Virus record (IMG/VR): IMGVR_UViG_3300005100_000005 | Span: 1 to 31,196 of that record | Length of the DNA: 31,196 bases | Source of the DNA: a virus | Lineage: Duplodnaviria; Caudoviricetes | Direction: 5' to 3' (one strand) | Shown here: piece after piece, positions 8,484 through 18,425 of the stretch | Position numbering within the stretch: the stretch's first letter is position 1 | Layout: each line of letters opens with the position of its first letter | Translations under genes and position numbers: made by a program | The notes under the pieces: model-generated | Told to the model about the DNA's origin: nothing | The model's input: only the letters and a program-made list of their open reading frames with translations | Database searches by the model: none

Positions 8484-9488
8484 TCAGATTGAAGTCTCTG
8501 TGTTCGTGAGATCTACCTGAACCTCAGACGCGATCCCACTGTCATATTGTGCCCACCAATTTATAGTCTGCTTAATCCGTGTGCCACCAAGATTCACAAC
8601 GGTTGACTCATATATTGCGTCTGGGACTGAGATTTCCAGAATATAATTATAGCCTGTATCAGCTTCAACTCCAGAATCCCAGGTAAATATCAAGGGAACT
8701 GGTGTCGCTAAATCTGCTGGCTCACTTGCTGCCGCATTGCCCCAGAATCTCTGATATTCAGAGTCATCATCAAACCACATATCAAATGACCCCGTAACGT
8801 CGACTGCTCCAGCAATTAATGCCTTATAAAATCTAGATCCATGAGACATACCATCTTCAGGATTTATCGCTTGAGCAAATTTTATTGTAGGGTTATGCAC
8901 CTGTACGGCTTGTCCAGTCGCTGCGCCTGCAATTGAGACCTCTAACATCTGATTGGTGAAGACTTCTAACGTACCATATGATGCGGACCCAAAATCTGTC
9001 GCTATCACATCTTTTTGCCCTATAAAATTGACCGTAGATCTGAGAGCACCATCCACACTCTGGTTGAGCTCGAGTGATCTGACCGAGCAATATGGGTGCT
9101 TGACCTGCTGGACGTCACCACGCTTCAACCACATTGTAAATGCCTTAACGGTATCAGCCGTCTTGAAAGTGTGTTTATAAGCTGCTGTCCCGCCTTGCTG
9201 CGCAGATACTACTCCGCCCAGGACCCATTTTAGCCAATTTGAAAGCATACCTTCTGGCTCAACATATTGCTGCATGCCACTGCCTTCGACATAGTACATG
9301 CCTGGCGCATTCTTTCTAACGGATCTGGTTTGGTTCGGTCGCAATTTCAATGACGACTGATTGGGGTTAATGGTCGGATCGTCAATGAAGTAGTCATATT
9401 TGTCCGGACTCGTCTCTGCTGTTCCTTTTGTCGTTTCTTCTGCAATCGCTATCTCAGATAAAAACGACGCACTATCATCTGTTGCCAT
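8484..9488 (-). CDS. Major tail tube protein
   Basis: 334 aa, acidic and beta-rich. IAIAEETTKGT, AYKHTF and VDLTNT motifs typical of tail tube proteins. GAGGT RBS. Confidence 0.85.
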   Translation of the reverse strand: MATDDSASFLSEIAIAEETTKGTAETSPDKYDYFIDDPTINPNQSSLKLRPNQTRSVRKNAPGMYYVEGSGMQQYVEPEGMLSNWLKWVLGGVVSAQQGGTAAYKHTFKTADTVKAFTMWLKRGDVQQVKHPYCSVRSLELNQSVDGALRSTVNFIGQKDVIATDFGSASYGTLEVFTNQMLEVSIAGAATGQAVQVHNPTIKFAQAINPEDGMSHGSRFYKALIAGAVDVTGSFDMWFDDDSEYQRFWGNAAASEPADLATPVPLIFTWDSGVEADTGYNYILEISVPDAIYESTVVNLGGTRIKQTINWWAQYDSGIASEVQVDLTNTETSI

Positions 9489-9501
9489 AATCTCTTACCT
9501 C

Positions 9502-9954
9502 TTAAAATATTTCAATTATTTGTATCACTAATTCAATTACTCCGCCAGTCACTGATATTTCTTCTGGTCTATCAATCGCGACGTGTCCATAGTCTACTGA
9601 AATGCAGCCAATATCAAAACAGTTTCCTCCTAAACGTTCATTCGCAGAATGTTGAGCTTGAAGTAAATTGTAAATTGAATCAACATAATTTCTAGCATTG
9701 ATAAATTTTTGCCTGCCCTCAATTCCAGAATATAAGCAATAGACAGAATAATTTAGGTCCCAAGCCATTCTCTTATCATCTTGAGCTACCTGGGCGTCGC
9801 TCCGTTCTCTTGAATTCAGGATGAAATAAACCGTTGGAGTTTGCAGAGTCACTCCTTCAATTTCACCAAACCAGACATTTTTTGCTCCAATATGACCATC
9901 AGTAATTAATTTTGAGAGTTCTGCTTCTATTGAGTCTATATATTCATTTATCAT
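9502..9954 (-). CDS. Tail terminator/completion protein
   Basis: 150 aa immediately before the tube gene, with a PTVYF-type motif. Confidence 0.6.
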   Translation of the reverse strand: MINEYIDSIEAELSKLITDGHIGAKNVWFGEIEGVTLQTPTVYFILNSRERSDAQVAQDDKRMAWDLNYSVYCLYSGIEGRQKFINARNYVDSIYNLLQAQHSANERLGGNCFDIGCISVDYGHVAIDRPEEISVTGGVIELVIQIIEIF

Positions 9955-10322
9955 CTATCCATCCCCTTTAGAGCTGTTTTCAATGTCCTATCAGCTTCTC
10001 CTGGAAATATCCTGATGATGTGCCCGTATGTCCGCTCAATGAATCTTGTACGTTTTGATCTCACATTCGCAGCGAAGGCATAATTTACACCAGCAGCTAT
10101 TCTTACCGGATGAATGGTCGGGGCTGCATGAATTGATCGGATCAATGTTCCTGTCCTCACCGGGACGACACTGCGATCTTTCATATAACTTTCCCCCTTA
10201 AACATAAGCCGAGATATTAACGTCCGTGTAGCATGGTGCACATTAATCCCAGCTTTGTAAAATGTTTTCTCTGCACTAGAAATATCAATTTCAATGGTCG
10301 GTTTAATCACTACTATCACCAT
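9951..10322 (-). CDS. HK97 gp10-like neck/tail completion protein
   Basis: VPVRTGTLIRSI...VNYAFAAN motif. Start is uncertain (ATG 10322, or GTG 10310 after a GGTGA RBS). Confidence 0.75.
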   Translation of the reverse strand: MVIVVIKPTIEIDISSAEKTFYKAGINVHHATRTLISRLMFKGESYMKDRSVVPVRTGTLIRSIHAAPTIHPVRIAAGVNYAFAANVRSKRTRFIERTYGHIIRIFPGEADRTLKTALKGMDR

Positions 10323-10899
10323 ATGCGTCCGTCGTTCCAGATTGATCAAACTGAAAATCAGGAACAGATTCTTTGTCTGAACGAACTACAACACCATCAG
10401 CCTCGAAGGCATCAACCGTCGTCTGCGCCTGATATGAGTCCATCCCGCTTAAGGCAATTTCCTTCATAGAATCTGCCCAGGCTAACATGTCCTCATTGCC
10501 GTGAGATTTTACTCTCAAAATTTTTGCAGCAGATAAGTACTTAGACCAGTCATCTTGATATTCAGATGTCGGTGACTCAAGGTTGAAAAATTTTGCGTCA
10601 ATGACTCGATCTGATTCTCCAATGAATGTATCAATTTCAGCATCTGAGAATGCAATGTGTACTGTTGCTATATAATTTTCTCCAGTTGCCGCAACGCCCA
10701 ATGTTATGGTCTGCGGCTGCACAAATGTGAAATCTGTGTTAAGGACTAAAGTTGTAGTGTCCTTAAGGATCGTGAGAACATTAAAAGCCGGATTCGTGAG
10801 CACAAGATGAGTGCCACTATGAGATTCGCCCAGGGAGTCTGTCTCGATGAGTAAGTCTGGTAGAAGATTCCGCACTTTGATTGCAGTAGTATAAGCCAT
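10303..10899 (-). CDS. Head-tail adaptor-like protein with an inserted beta domain
   Basis: MAYTT..KVR N-terminus and SDAEIDTFIGESDRVIDAK helix typical of gp6/gp15-like adaptors. First gene of the neck block. Confidence 0.65.
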   Translation of the reverse strand: MAYTTAIKVRNLLPDLLIETDSLGESHSGTHLVLTNPAFNVLTILKDTTTLVLNTDFTFVQPQTITLGVAATGENYIATVHIAFSDAEIDTFIGESDRVIDAKFFNLESPTSEYQDDWSKYLSAAKILRVKSHGNEDMLAWADSMKEIALSGMDSYQAQTTVDAFEADGVVVRSDKESVPDFQFDQSGTTDAYGDSSD

Positions 10900-10917
10900 A
10901 TTATTTCGCCTCTTTTA

Positions 10918-11205
10918 TCATGAGCTAAAGCTCTCCACCACATTGAACTTGAATGGGTGTATGCTGACCATTCCGCCACTCCCGGTACATTTAAAATGCC
11001 CCATATGAATGCCTACCTGGGCAGCTATCGTGTGATCATAATAGTACACGCCAGTACTACTCTTGATTGGAACTTGGGCGTCAACTGAAAGCGTGCCATC
11101 TGGTTTACGAATAGATATCACAATTACGCTAGGATCCGCTAAATTTCCATCAATATCTGTAACCGTATCTGTGAATCTTGGTGATTCGCCTACTTGAAAT
11201 GTCAT
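10918..11205 (-). CDS. Small Ig-like/BppU-like virion protein
   Basis: DIDGNLADPS...IRKPDGT...TGVYYYD pattern. ATG 11205 lies just after the upstream stop. Confidence 0.6.
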   Translation of the reverse strand: MTFQVGESPRFTDTVTDIDGNLADPSVIVISIRKPDGTLSVDAQVPIKSSTGVYYYDHTIAAQVGIHMGHFKCTGSGGMVSIHPFKFNVVESFSS

Positions 11206-11210
11206 GAAAA

Positions 11211-11807
11211 TTAATACCCCATATATGAAGCGCTGCCAAGAGTCTTCATCTTCCATCTGGTATCCCAATGGAACAATATAGATTCATTTGCTACTTCATC
11301 TTGAGTTGCTGCTATTCTTCTCACTCTAAGCTGAAGATTCTGGCCAGAAACAAGTGTTGAAGAAGTTAGCTCGAAGGCAATTAGGTGTGCATAATAAGCA
11401 ACATTCTCATCAGTAACAAGAGTGACCTCTGACGTTAGTGTTTCAGCAGTGGTATCAGGGAGCACTTCTCCTATATCAGCAGCTTGCCACTCTAACTGAA
11501 ATCGGTAACGGTCATTTATTGTCTCATCCACAGAAGGTGCCGTAATTGCTACGAACCAAGGTTTAGTCACACCATCCCAACTGAAAGGCACTCTCAACTT
11601 AAACAATAACTCTTCATATTGAGTCGAAGGCGTAGACCAAATAGGCATTGAAAATCCTCTAAACAACCCCCCACCAACCTGCGTAGGAACTCCATGCTCT
11701 GCTGCATAGATCTCATCAAGGACTGGTGGTTTGGACGTCCAATAATTACTCTTGATTATCTCTTCGATAGATATGTTGTCGCAAACAACCCTCGTTTTAC
11801 TCGTCAT
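11211..11807 (-). CDS. Hypothetical beta-sandwich virion protein
   Basis: 198 aa with a GAGGAG RBS and an ATGA overlap with the LamG gene. Confidence 0.65.
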   Translation of the reverse strand: MTSKTRVVCDNISIEEIIKSNYWTSKPPVLDEIYAAEHGVPTQVGGGLFRGFSMPIWSTPSTQYEELLFKLRVPFSWDGVTKPWFVAITAPSVDETINDRYRFQLEWQAADIGEVLPDTTAETLTSEVTLVTDENVAYYAHLIAFELTSSTLVSGQNLQLRVRRIAATQDEVANESILFHWDTRWKMKTLGSASYMGY

Positions 11808-13597
11808 GATACTCTCCTCATCATTATTGTTACATTCATTGAAGCACTATTCCATGAACTACCTACCTGGTCGTCATTGAGGTCTAATGTTTGCGCACTA
11901 GAAAACATCTTGTTAATCTCTATCACGGTAATGCTTGATGCCACGATCACTTCACCTGTAAAGATATCATTGCCACCGTCTGTTGTGCCCAGATCAAGTG
12001 TTGCCGCATTGCCCGCAGTTTCCTCAAATATCATTCGTTCTAGTGTGTAGCCTTCCGGAACTATCTCAGTCCAAAGTGCATCAGCAGTGACTGTTTTCTT
12101 GACGACTCTTTCCACATGATTCGGCGGTAAATTCGTCGAAATTGCTCCAGAAACTTCTCCGTTTAATTCATTACCTGAATTATCAAGCCATTGATTATGC
12201 CCTATTCCAGATTGTTCAAGCTGAAGTACGCAGCCAATCTGAGTAACTGAAATATTATCAAGCACAATTGAACCCGAAGACAATGTCGCTATCTCGAGAT
12301 AAAATAATGCACCAGTACCCCCAACATATCCATCAACTTCAAACGAATGACTTCCAACTGACAAATCCAAGGTTGTAGATACTTTAAACATCTTATTTGT
12401 GCTATCCCCGCCCAATATAATGTCAGAACCAACATGGTCATCAGATATTACATCATAATTTACACGGAATTTTTTACCTTGATCTGCGGCAGATGTTGAA
12501 TAAAATGCATACCCTGTCCCAGTAAAAGTTAACACCCCGCCAGCGATTGCACACCCGCCCAGACTCCAACCCGATGATGACGAAAAATCAAAATCTAATA
12601 TTGGAGTTTGACTCGCACCCACATATTTGTACGGAACAGGAATACCTGAAGACAGTGCTTTCACTTCATTTTCCGACAGAAGTTTGTTAAAAAGTTTAAT
12701 ATCATATAATGAGCCATTCAAACGTCTAGTTAACTCTGCACCATATCCAATACGCAAGGCAATAGCATTGCTCACATCCGCATCGAAATCCGTCCCAGTA
12801 GTCTGCGTCAATACCTGATCTTTACCATTGATATAGACATTAACAGAACCACCAGACTCGGAATTACGGACCGCACATATGGTATATTTCGCAGCATCAT
12901 TTAAAATACTATTATCTGGAGTCAAAGAACCATTTCTAGCTGAACCATTCAATATTTCAAAGTTTACTTTTTTATTGACGAGTCCAAGAAGAAACCCTTG
13001 TCCCGTGCTTCCTACCGTCCAGTAGATATGTTTATCTAAGAGACCCTGATTCCCCTGAGAGACATCATTTGAGTCTATTGAGATAACTATGCTAAAATCT
13101 TCTGAACCAAAATCAATAGCGTCATCATTAGACACTTCTATATAATCTTCATTGAACCCATAACATGCGCCATTTGATGCCAAGTCAGGAATATTTTGTA
13201 TATTCACTAAATAATTACCTTGCCCATCTAAATCTCCCCCTAGTTGAGGAGTGGCATCTTCAACAATATTCGCTATGGCATCTTCGGCCACAGTACCAAG
13301 CTTAGTATGATCTGCATTCAATTCGGCCCCGGTCACCGTAGTATCATGCGATACTATTGTATGCACTTCATTATGGTGCACGTCAGCATCAGCCGCATGT
13401 GTCGTGATGTCAGAGTCTATCTCGGAGGATACCGTAGCCACATCAGCCACCTCACTCACTCCATGCGTGCTTGTGTCAATCACATGCGCCGCTAGATCAC
13501 TGTGCGCTTCATCTATTCCTGTTTCTATGTGATTCAAGTTTACTGCATTAATTGCTTCACCTGAACCGTTAGTCCAGGTTGTTTTGCTATATGACAT
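11804..13597 (-). CDS. Fibre/adhesin protein with a LamG (concanavalin A-like) domain
   Basis: YSKTTWTNG..INAVNLNHIETGI N-terminus, His-rich stalk, EDATPQLGGDLD motif, and LamG signature (DFSI, VYING, LRIG, LNGSLYDIKLFNKLLSENEV). Confidence 0.8.
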   Translation of the reverse strand: MSYSKTTWTNGSGEAINAVNLNHIETGIDEAHSDLAAHVIDTSTHGVSEVADVATVSSEIDSDITTHAADADVHHNEVHTIVSHDTTVTGAELNADHTKLGTVAEDAIANIVEDATPQLGGDLDGQGNYLVNIQNIPDLASNGACYGFNEDYIEVSNDDAIDFGSEDFSIVISIDSNDVSQGNQGLLDKHIYWTVGSTGQGFLLGLVNKKVNFEILNGSARNGSLTPDNSILNDAAKYTICAVRNSESGGSVNVYINGKDQVLTQTTGTDFDADVSNAIALRIGYGAELTRRLNGSLYDIKLFNKLLSENEVKALSSGIPVPYKYVGASQTPILDFDFSSSSGWSLGGCAIAGGVLTFTGTGYAFYSTSAADQGKKFRVNYDVISDDHVGSDIILGGDSTNKMFKVSTTLDLSVGSHSFEVDGYVGGTGALFYLEIATLSSGSIVLDNISVTQIGCVLQLEQSGIGHNQWLDNSGNELNGEVSGAISTNLPPNHVERVVKKTVTADALWTEIVPEGYTLERMIFEETAGNAATLDLGTTDGGNDIFTGEVIVASSITVIEINKMFSSAQTLDLNDDQVGSSWNSASMNVTIMMRRVS

Positions 13598-13615
13598 TCA
13601 TGCCTCCATTAGACT

Positions 13616-13873
13616 CTACTGCTGCTGTACCTCTCCATTATACTCCAGAGTAATTGTGGTAGCGTGAAAAATTCCATTAAATGGATAAAGGTCACTCCCA
13701 GGATATAGTGTGTCCTCTGGAAATAACGAATTCTCAAGCGCCAGCATCTGCACAACGACTCCATGCAATGGACCCATTGTGACCACATAGGCATATTCTG
13801 GCCAATAATCATCAACCCAATATGCAGAAGGCCAATATCCCGAAGGCCAATATCCTGCCGTCAACAATCCCAT
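13616..13873 (-). CDS. Small protein with YW repeats and an LYP motif
   Basis: GYWPSGYWPSAYWVDDYWPEY and LFPEDTLYPGSDLYP. TAATG-coupled to the upstream gene. Confidence 0.65.
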   Translation of the reverse strand: MGLLTAGYWPSGYWPSAYWVDDYWPEYAYVVTMGPLHGVVVQMLALENSLFPEDTLYPGSDLYPFNGIFHATTITLEYNGEVQQQ

Positions 13874-15306
13874 TAGTTACCGTCCAGAGTAACTGCCGTC
13901 CTGTTACCACTCGCATCTACCGTAGCAGTGACTCGATTCTTGCTATCAGGACCATCCCTAAATATCAAGGTAGACGATCCTCCACCTGATACTTTAGCAC
14001 AACACGCAGAGAATATCAGACGGATCATTTCTTCCAGATCATATGTGCCGTCTGCAATTCCGGCCTTGATCTCTGCCACCGTGATATCGTCGAGTCCATT
14101 GATCAAAGCGTCTGTAGTCGTATGCAAGGCGGCTGCTGTACCTGCTACGTCAGGAACTACCGTTGAAATTGCATCAATCTTGGTTTCGTTAGCATTGACT
14201 TGCGTAATTATTGCATCTTTATCCGCGGTCGCTTCAGTTCGTGTGGGGCCATCATAATTAGTAAGTGCAGTTGCCACCTCAGTAGGTGTGGCCGCAACAC
14301 CAGCCACGTCTGGGACTACGGTATTAAATCCTGTAGCAGTTGCCCAATTACCTTGATTAGTCTGGAGCTCGTTGGTATCTGCAAGGATAGCATTCAAGTC
14401 AACTGAATTAGTATCCATTTCAATGCGTATTTCCTCCACAGTAGGACTAGAACCTCCTGCTCCAGTAAGCCAGCTACCTGCCCCATGTGCTGAATTAAGT
14501 TCAGCTGCTGTTGGTGGCACGACTGTATTCGCTCCATAGTCGCTCAAGGCAAGATCGCATTCAGCATTTATAAGGTCATAGACACCGGTCTGCATCTGAA
14601 ATACTCCAGAACATGCGTGACCTGTAATGACATACTTAGACGTATTGTCCGGATTGACAGACCAATTCATACATGCAGTTGCGACCTTCGTAGTACCATT
14701 ATAATCCTTGAATGTTCGCATTTGTCCTGCGCCGGTGCCCTCTATAATGGTCAGTGTCGACATATTGTAGAAATCGTCAAGGGCACTCGCACCGGCTGCA
14801 AGAGTGATTGTGTTGTTAGATCCGGCCTGAGCCGTCTCTTCCTCATATAGTCCGGCATCGAACATTTCACGTAGACGCTTTCCTGCGCTATCAGAGACAT
14901 TATGTGTTCCGCCTGTGAGCACTTCGTCCCATATCGCATCTGCATTCTCAGTTGCCGTGGGCGCAACTCCAGCTGCATCTGGGATCACTGCACTGATATC
15001 GTCAATATCCTGCGTGGTCATATCAATGACATGCACTGTGTCTGCTGCTCCTGCTGATGTCAGTTTTACCATGACAAAATCGTGATTAAGTTCAGCTGCC
15101 GTGAATTCAAGAGTATACATTCCGCTGGAGCCAATCTCGGTCACGGCATCTGTGATTGCTAGAGAAGTCCATGCGCCTGCGCCGTCCTTATAATAGGCGG
15201 TATCAGTTACCGTAAGGCCTGCCTTGAGGTTCGCCGGTGTGGCACTGTCCACCATAGCGATCATCAGTTCTTTCGCCGTGTTCTTTTTGTGTTTAATTTC
15301 TGTCAT
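13873..15306 (-). CDS. Ala/Thr/Asp-rich fibre-like virion protein with internal repeats
   Basis: V(I/V)PD(A/V)AG repeats, a GTGAGQMR..DYNGTTKVAT domain and C-terminal RVTATVDASGNRTAVTLD. TAATG coupling at both ends. Confidence 0.65.
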   Translation of the reverse strand: MTEIKHKKNTAKELMIAMVDSATPANLKAGLTVTDTAYYKDGAGAWTSLAITDAVTEIGSSGMYTLEFTAAELNHDFVMVKLTSAGAADTVHVIDMTTQDIDDISAVIPDAAGVAPTATENADAIWDEVLTGGTHNVSDSAGKRLREMFDAGLYEEETAQAGSNNTITLAAGASALDDFYNMSTLTIIEGTGAGQMRTFKDYNGTTKVATACMNWSVNPDNTSKYVITGHACSGVFQMQTGVYDLINAECDLALSDYGANTVVPPTAAELNSAHGAGSWLTGAGGSSPTVEEIRIEMDTNSVDLNAILADTNELQTNQGNWATATGFNTVVPDVAGVAATPTEVATALTNYDGPTRTEATADKDAIITQVNANETKIDAISTVVPDVAGTAAALHTTTDALINGLDDITVAEIKAGIADGTYDLEEMIRLIFSACCAKVSGGGSSTLIFRDGPDSKNRVTATVDASGNRTAVTLDGN

Positions 15307-15488
15307 TAGAAAATTCCCCTGTTCATGCCTCTGCCTATTGCTCTCTCGTAGTCTAATATTGTAAGGGCTGGAGGTGCTCCACCGGCTTGCTCATTATATA
15401 TCCCGAACCCAGGGATTATGATCTCTGAATTGGTTTCAGTATCATTGACAATTCCACTACCTGGAACAATATACTCAATGTCAGCCAT
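15306..15488 (-). CDS. 60-aa hypothetical protein
   Basis: TAATG-coupled on both sides. Internal repeat EYIVPG/EIIIPG. Confidence 0.65.
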   Translation of the reverse strand: MADIEYIVPGSGIVNDTETNSEIIIPGFGIYNEQAGGAPPALTILDYERAIGRGMNRGIF

Positions 15489-16813
15489 TAACTCACCTCA
15501 ATTTTTGGGCAGACATATACTGTCGCTTCCTTTGCGAGGCATGCCCACACTGTATGAACTCCAGCTTGTCCTCCGCTGATAGTTACTGCCTTGCTTCTTG
15601 CCTGAGGATCGGTGAATAATTCGGTCCATCCCCCTGGATCGCCTTCACTTGATCCTTGGTCTCCTGCTGTAGTAAGGATTGTAGCTGGTCTACTCGAGGT
15701 ATCTATCTTGCCTAAGGCACCTGTTGTGGAATCTGGATACTCTACCTCAAACCACAATTCATCATTCTGGATGACTGATGCGCTATCAAGATTAAAGTGC
15801 ATTTCTAGTGTTGGATTCGCACTGCAATATATTTCTGCGAGCTTAAATTTCAGTGGATTCGTCCATTCTGAGGTATTTCCATTTCCAATCATTTTTGTTG
15901 AGTATTTATTCGTTCCATTATATGTTGCAGAGCGCACTACTGCCGTCGTATCACTTTCAATCTGCCCTTCAAGATAATACTCTGTAAAAGAATGAATATT
16001 GTTTCCATCATCTGTAGAATGAAATTTGAGCGATGAACCAGTCAAAGTCGGTCCGGTATTCATAAGATTACACGCTGCCGGTATCTTGCACCGTTTAAAC
16101 AACACGTTTGCGATATAATCCCCAATGAAAGTAAATAGATAATCTCCGCTATCAAGATCATTAATCGTGACGTCCTGGACGACAACGTTGCAAGTGCGAT
16201 AACTCCCTAATAAATTGGTTGTGTTACCACCATTGAACCCATAAGACCCCCCTGACCAACAAAGACTTCCATACAGCATAATATTTCCAACGGTCAATTG
16301 CTCGAAATCCACGTCATTGAATATCACTACATTATTGCCAGTCCCATATAGCAGCCCAATTATCGTGTTATCCTCCACAGAAACTTTGCAATCTGTCAAT
16401 ATCGTCATGCCACCAGCAACATTAGAAATAGAGAGATCGTCACCAGATTTGAAATAGCACCCAACCCACACATCATCACCGGATATGGTCATATTCGCAT
16501 AAGATGTAGCTAAATATCCTCCTCCATTCACCATAGTCTTGTAGTCACTAGTGCCTGGCGGCTCATTTGTAGTAGTCTCAAGCACAGAAATTATTTTGAT
16601 AGGCGCACTCTTTGTCCCATTCGTGCTCGCCCAAGTGACGTTAGAATAGAGAGTGATAACGCAATCACATTTGATATAAATGACACCTCCTGCATTGCAA
16701 GACGCCAGAGCAGATGCCAAAGACGTACCAGGATCTCTCCAAGCGTTTACCCACGAGGTGCCATTATTCAATCCGGTTGCAATTGTTGTATCTACATACT
16801 CAATCGCTCCCAT
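15488..16813 (-). CDS. Putative beta-helix (pectin lyase-like) virion protein
   Basis: YVD....GLNNGTSWVNAW N-terminal motif typical of beta-helix proteins. Gly/Asn/Thr-rich. Confidence 0.6.
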   Translation of the reverse strand: MGAIEYVDTTIATGLNNGTSWVNAWRDPGTSLASALASCNAGGVIYIKCDCVITLYSNVTWASTNGTKSAPIKIISVLETTTNEPPGTSDYKTMVNGGGYLATSYANMTISGDDVWVGCYFKSGDDLSISNVAGGMTILTDCKVSVEDNTIIGLLYGTGNNVVIFNDVDFEQLTVGNIMLYGSLCWSGGSYGFNGGNTTNLLGSYRTCNVVVQDVTINDLDSGDYLFTFIGDYIANVLFKRCKIPAACNLMNTGPTLTGSSLKFHSTDDGNNIHSFTEYYLEGQIESDTTAVVRSATYNGTNKYSTKMIGNGNTSEWTNPLKFKLAEIYCSANPTLEMHFNLDSASVIQNDELWFEVEYPDSTTGALGKIDTSSRPATILTTAGDQGSSEGDPGGWTELFTDPQARSKAVTISGGQAGVHTVWACLAKEATVYVCPKIEVS

Positions 16814-17172
16814 TATTTTTCACCTACAGATATTTGTGTGTCGATTTTAGATTTTTCATTAGTTGCTCTATCTATTTCACTCTGTTTTTCCACAGCAACT
16901 TCTTGTAATTTTAACTTTAGTTCTGCCTCAGTAGCGTACTCAAGCTTATGAGCTTCACCAAACGTAATACGCGTAACCGCAGAATTGATGTCTTGATCTT
17001 TTAGGCCCTGCTCGACGTTGATACTTCTGATATCAATTTCTTTTGAAACATCAGATTTTGATGGAAAATCGTAGGAGCGTCTATGCTTCCGGTTTAGCAC
17101 ATCCGTAAAGTCTACTTGGACTCTCTGCGTGCCGTCATGTTGAGTTGTTTGCTCTACGATATTCCATTCCAT
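16813..17172 (-). CDS. Hypothetical protein with a C-terminal coiled coil
   Basis: 119 aa, GGAGAG RBS, coupled to the next gene. Confidence 0.65.
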   Translation of the reverse strand: MEWNIVEQTTQHDGTQRVQVDFTDVLNRKHRRSYDFPSKSDVSKEIDIRSINVEQGLKDQDINSAVTRITFGEAHKLEYATEAELKLKLQEVAVEKQSEIDRATNEKSKIDTQISVGEK

Positions 17173-17175
17173 TAT

Positions 17176-17724
17176 TTACACACTCTCCACATTTATTATG
17201 CAAGTGTAGTTTCCATATGCCATTCCAACCATACCTATGTCGATCTGCCCACATTTCGAGGACTCAGCTGGGAACTCATATATTTCACCAGGAATGAATA
17301 TTATGGTATTTTCATTCACGATCTCAAATTTATCCACGACATTTCCGTCATATTCTGTGAGAGTAGGTGCACGGTACACAAACGCATCAAAATCCCTAAC
17401 AGTACCATCTGGACTGATGAACAATCCTTGATCGCATTCTATCGTGAAAACAACATTGCCCACAACGGGAGCCGGATTACAGTTATCAAACCGCAGCTTA
17501 GTACCAAAATCATCATTCTCATCCAGCACAACGTCCCAGGTATTCGTCCAATATGTTTCGTTATCGAATGGGATCAATACTTGAATTGGGCTGACGTCCG
17601 GCCCTGGGCTATCCATACTCCACCACAATTTTGCATGCGGCGTAAAAGTTATATAGACTGCTCCTGCCGCTACTCCTATCAGAAGAATTACTGCTAAAAT
17701 ACTCAATATTTTTCTTGTTATCAT
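17176..17724 (-). CDS. Secreted or membrane-anchored protein
   Basis: MITRK followed by hydrophobic ILSILAVILLIGVAAGA (signal peptide) and a beta-rich acidic domain. GAGGT RBS. Confidence 0.75.
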   Translation of the reverse strand: MITRKILSILAVILLIGVAAGAVYITFTPHAKLWWSMDSPGPDVSPIQVLIPFDNETYWTNTWDVVLDENDDFGTKLRFDNCNPAPVVGNVVFTIECDQGLFISPDGTVRDFDAFVYRAPTLTEYDGNVVDKFEIVNENTIIFIPGEIYEFPAESSKCGQIDIGMVGMAYGNYTCIINVESV

Positions 17725-18425
17725 TAAATATACCTCACTTCTGGCCTTCCATCCTCAATCACTACATATGAACACGAATCTACAAAATCCCCACAATTCA
17801 TTACCCTACCGTATTTCGCCTTAGGGCCATGCGGAACTATCCCGGGGAAGTGCGTGTGACCCATAATTACATATTTATGTTTATTTTTGACGCCGAATCT
17901 ATGTGCTGCGTCATTGATCGCTCTTATCTGCGGAGTCATGAAGTCATTCTTGCCCATACCCATATACACCGGTTTCTTCATATATTTCTGATAAATATAA
18001 GGAAAACGCGTCACTAGCCAGCCATACGCCCAAGAGTACCGCCTTTGCTGAACATCGAACTGCCAGCCATGTGTAAAGAATATCCCCTCGTGTGCAAACT
18101 CATTCGAGACACTGATATCAGCCCCACGCTCTGATTTTGGCCACAACTTCGCGAGATTATAGTCATGGTTGCCTGGGACGATCGTAACTGGGACTTTTAT
18201 TGCCGTCAACCTTAACTCTTCAATGCAGTCTTTGAATCCAGGAAGCGTTGCCTTATAAATTTTGTCAATTGGATACCTCCACAGATCAAAGATATCTCCG
18301 CAGAGAATGAGTGTATCAGCATTTTTACGTACTAGCTCAAAAAATGCAGAGATTGCATCATAATCTGCACGTTCATATCCAAGATGTAAGTCAGATGCGC
18401 AATATATTTTCATTTTTCGCCTCAT
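17724..18425 (-). CDS. Calcineurin-like metallophosphoesterase (LpxH-like)
   Basis: Complete motif set: SDLHLG, GDIFD, GNHD, THG, GHTH and NCGDF. Start may be the MKIY Met. Confidence 0.92.
   Translation of the reverse strand: MRRKMKIYCASDLHLGYERADYDAISAFFELVRKNADTLILCGDIFDLWRYPIDKIYKATLPGFKDCIEELRLTAIKVPVTIVPGNHDYNLAKLWPKSERGADISVSNEFAHEGIFFTHGWQFDVQQRRYSWAYGWLVTRFPYIYQKYMKKPVYMGMGKNDFMTPQIRAINDAAHRFGVKNKHKYVIMGHTHFPGIVPHGPKAKYGRVMNCGDFVDSCSYVVIEDGRPEVRYI

Noticed and set aside
4081-17172. Diversity-generating retroelement targeting the adhesins
   Set aside because: No reverse transcriptase in the window and no TR/VR pair with adenine-specific mismatches was seen. The 29.4-29.9 kb repeat differences are not A-specific.
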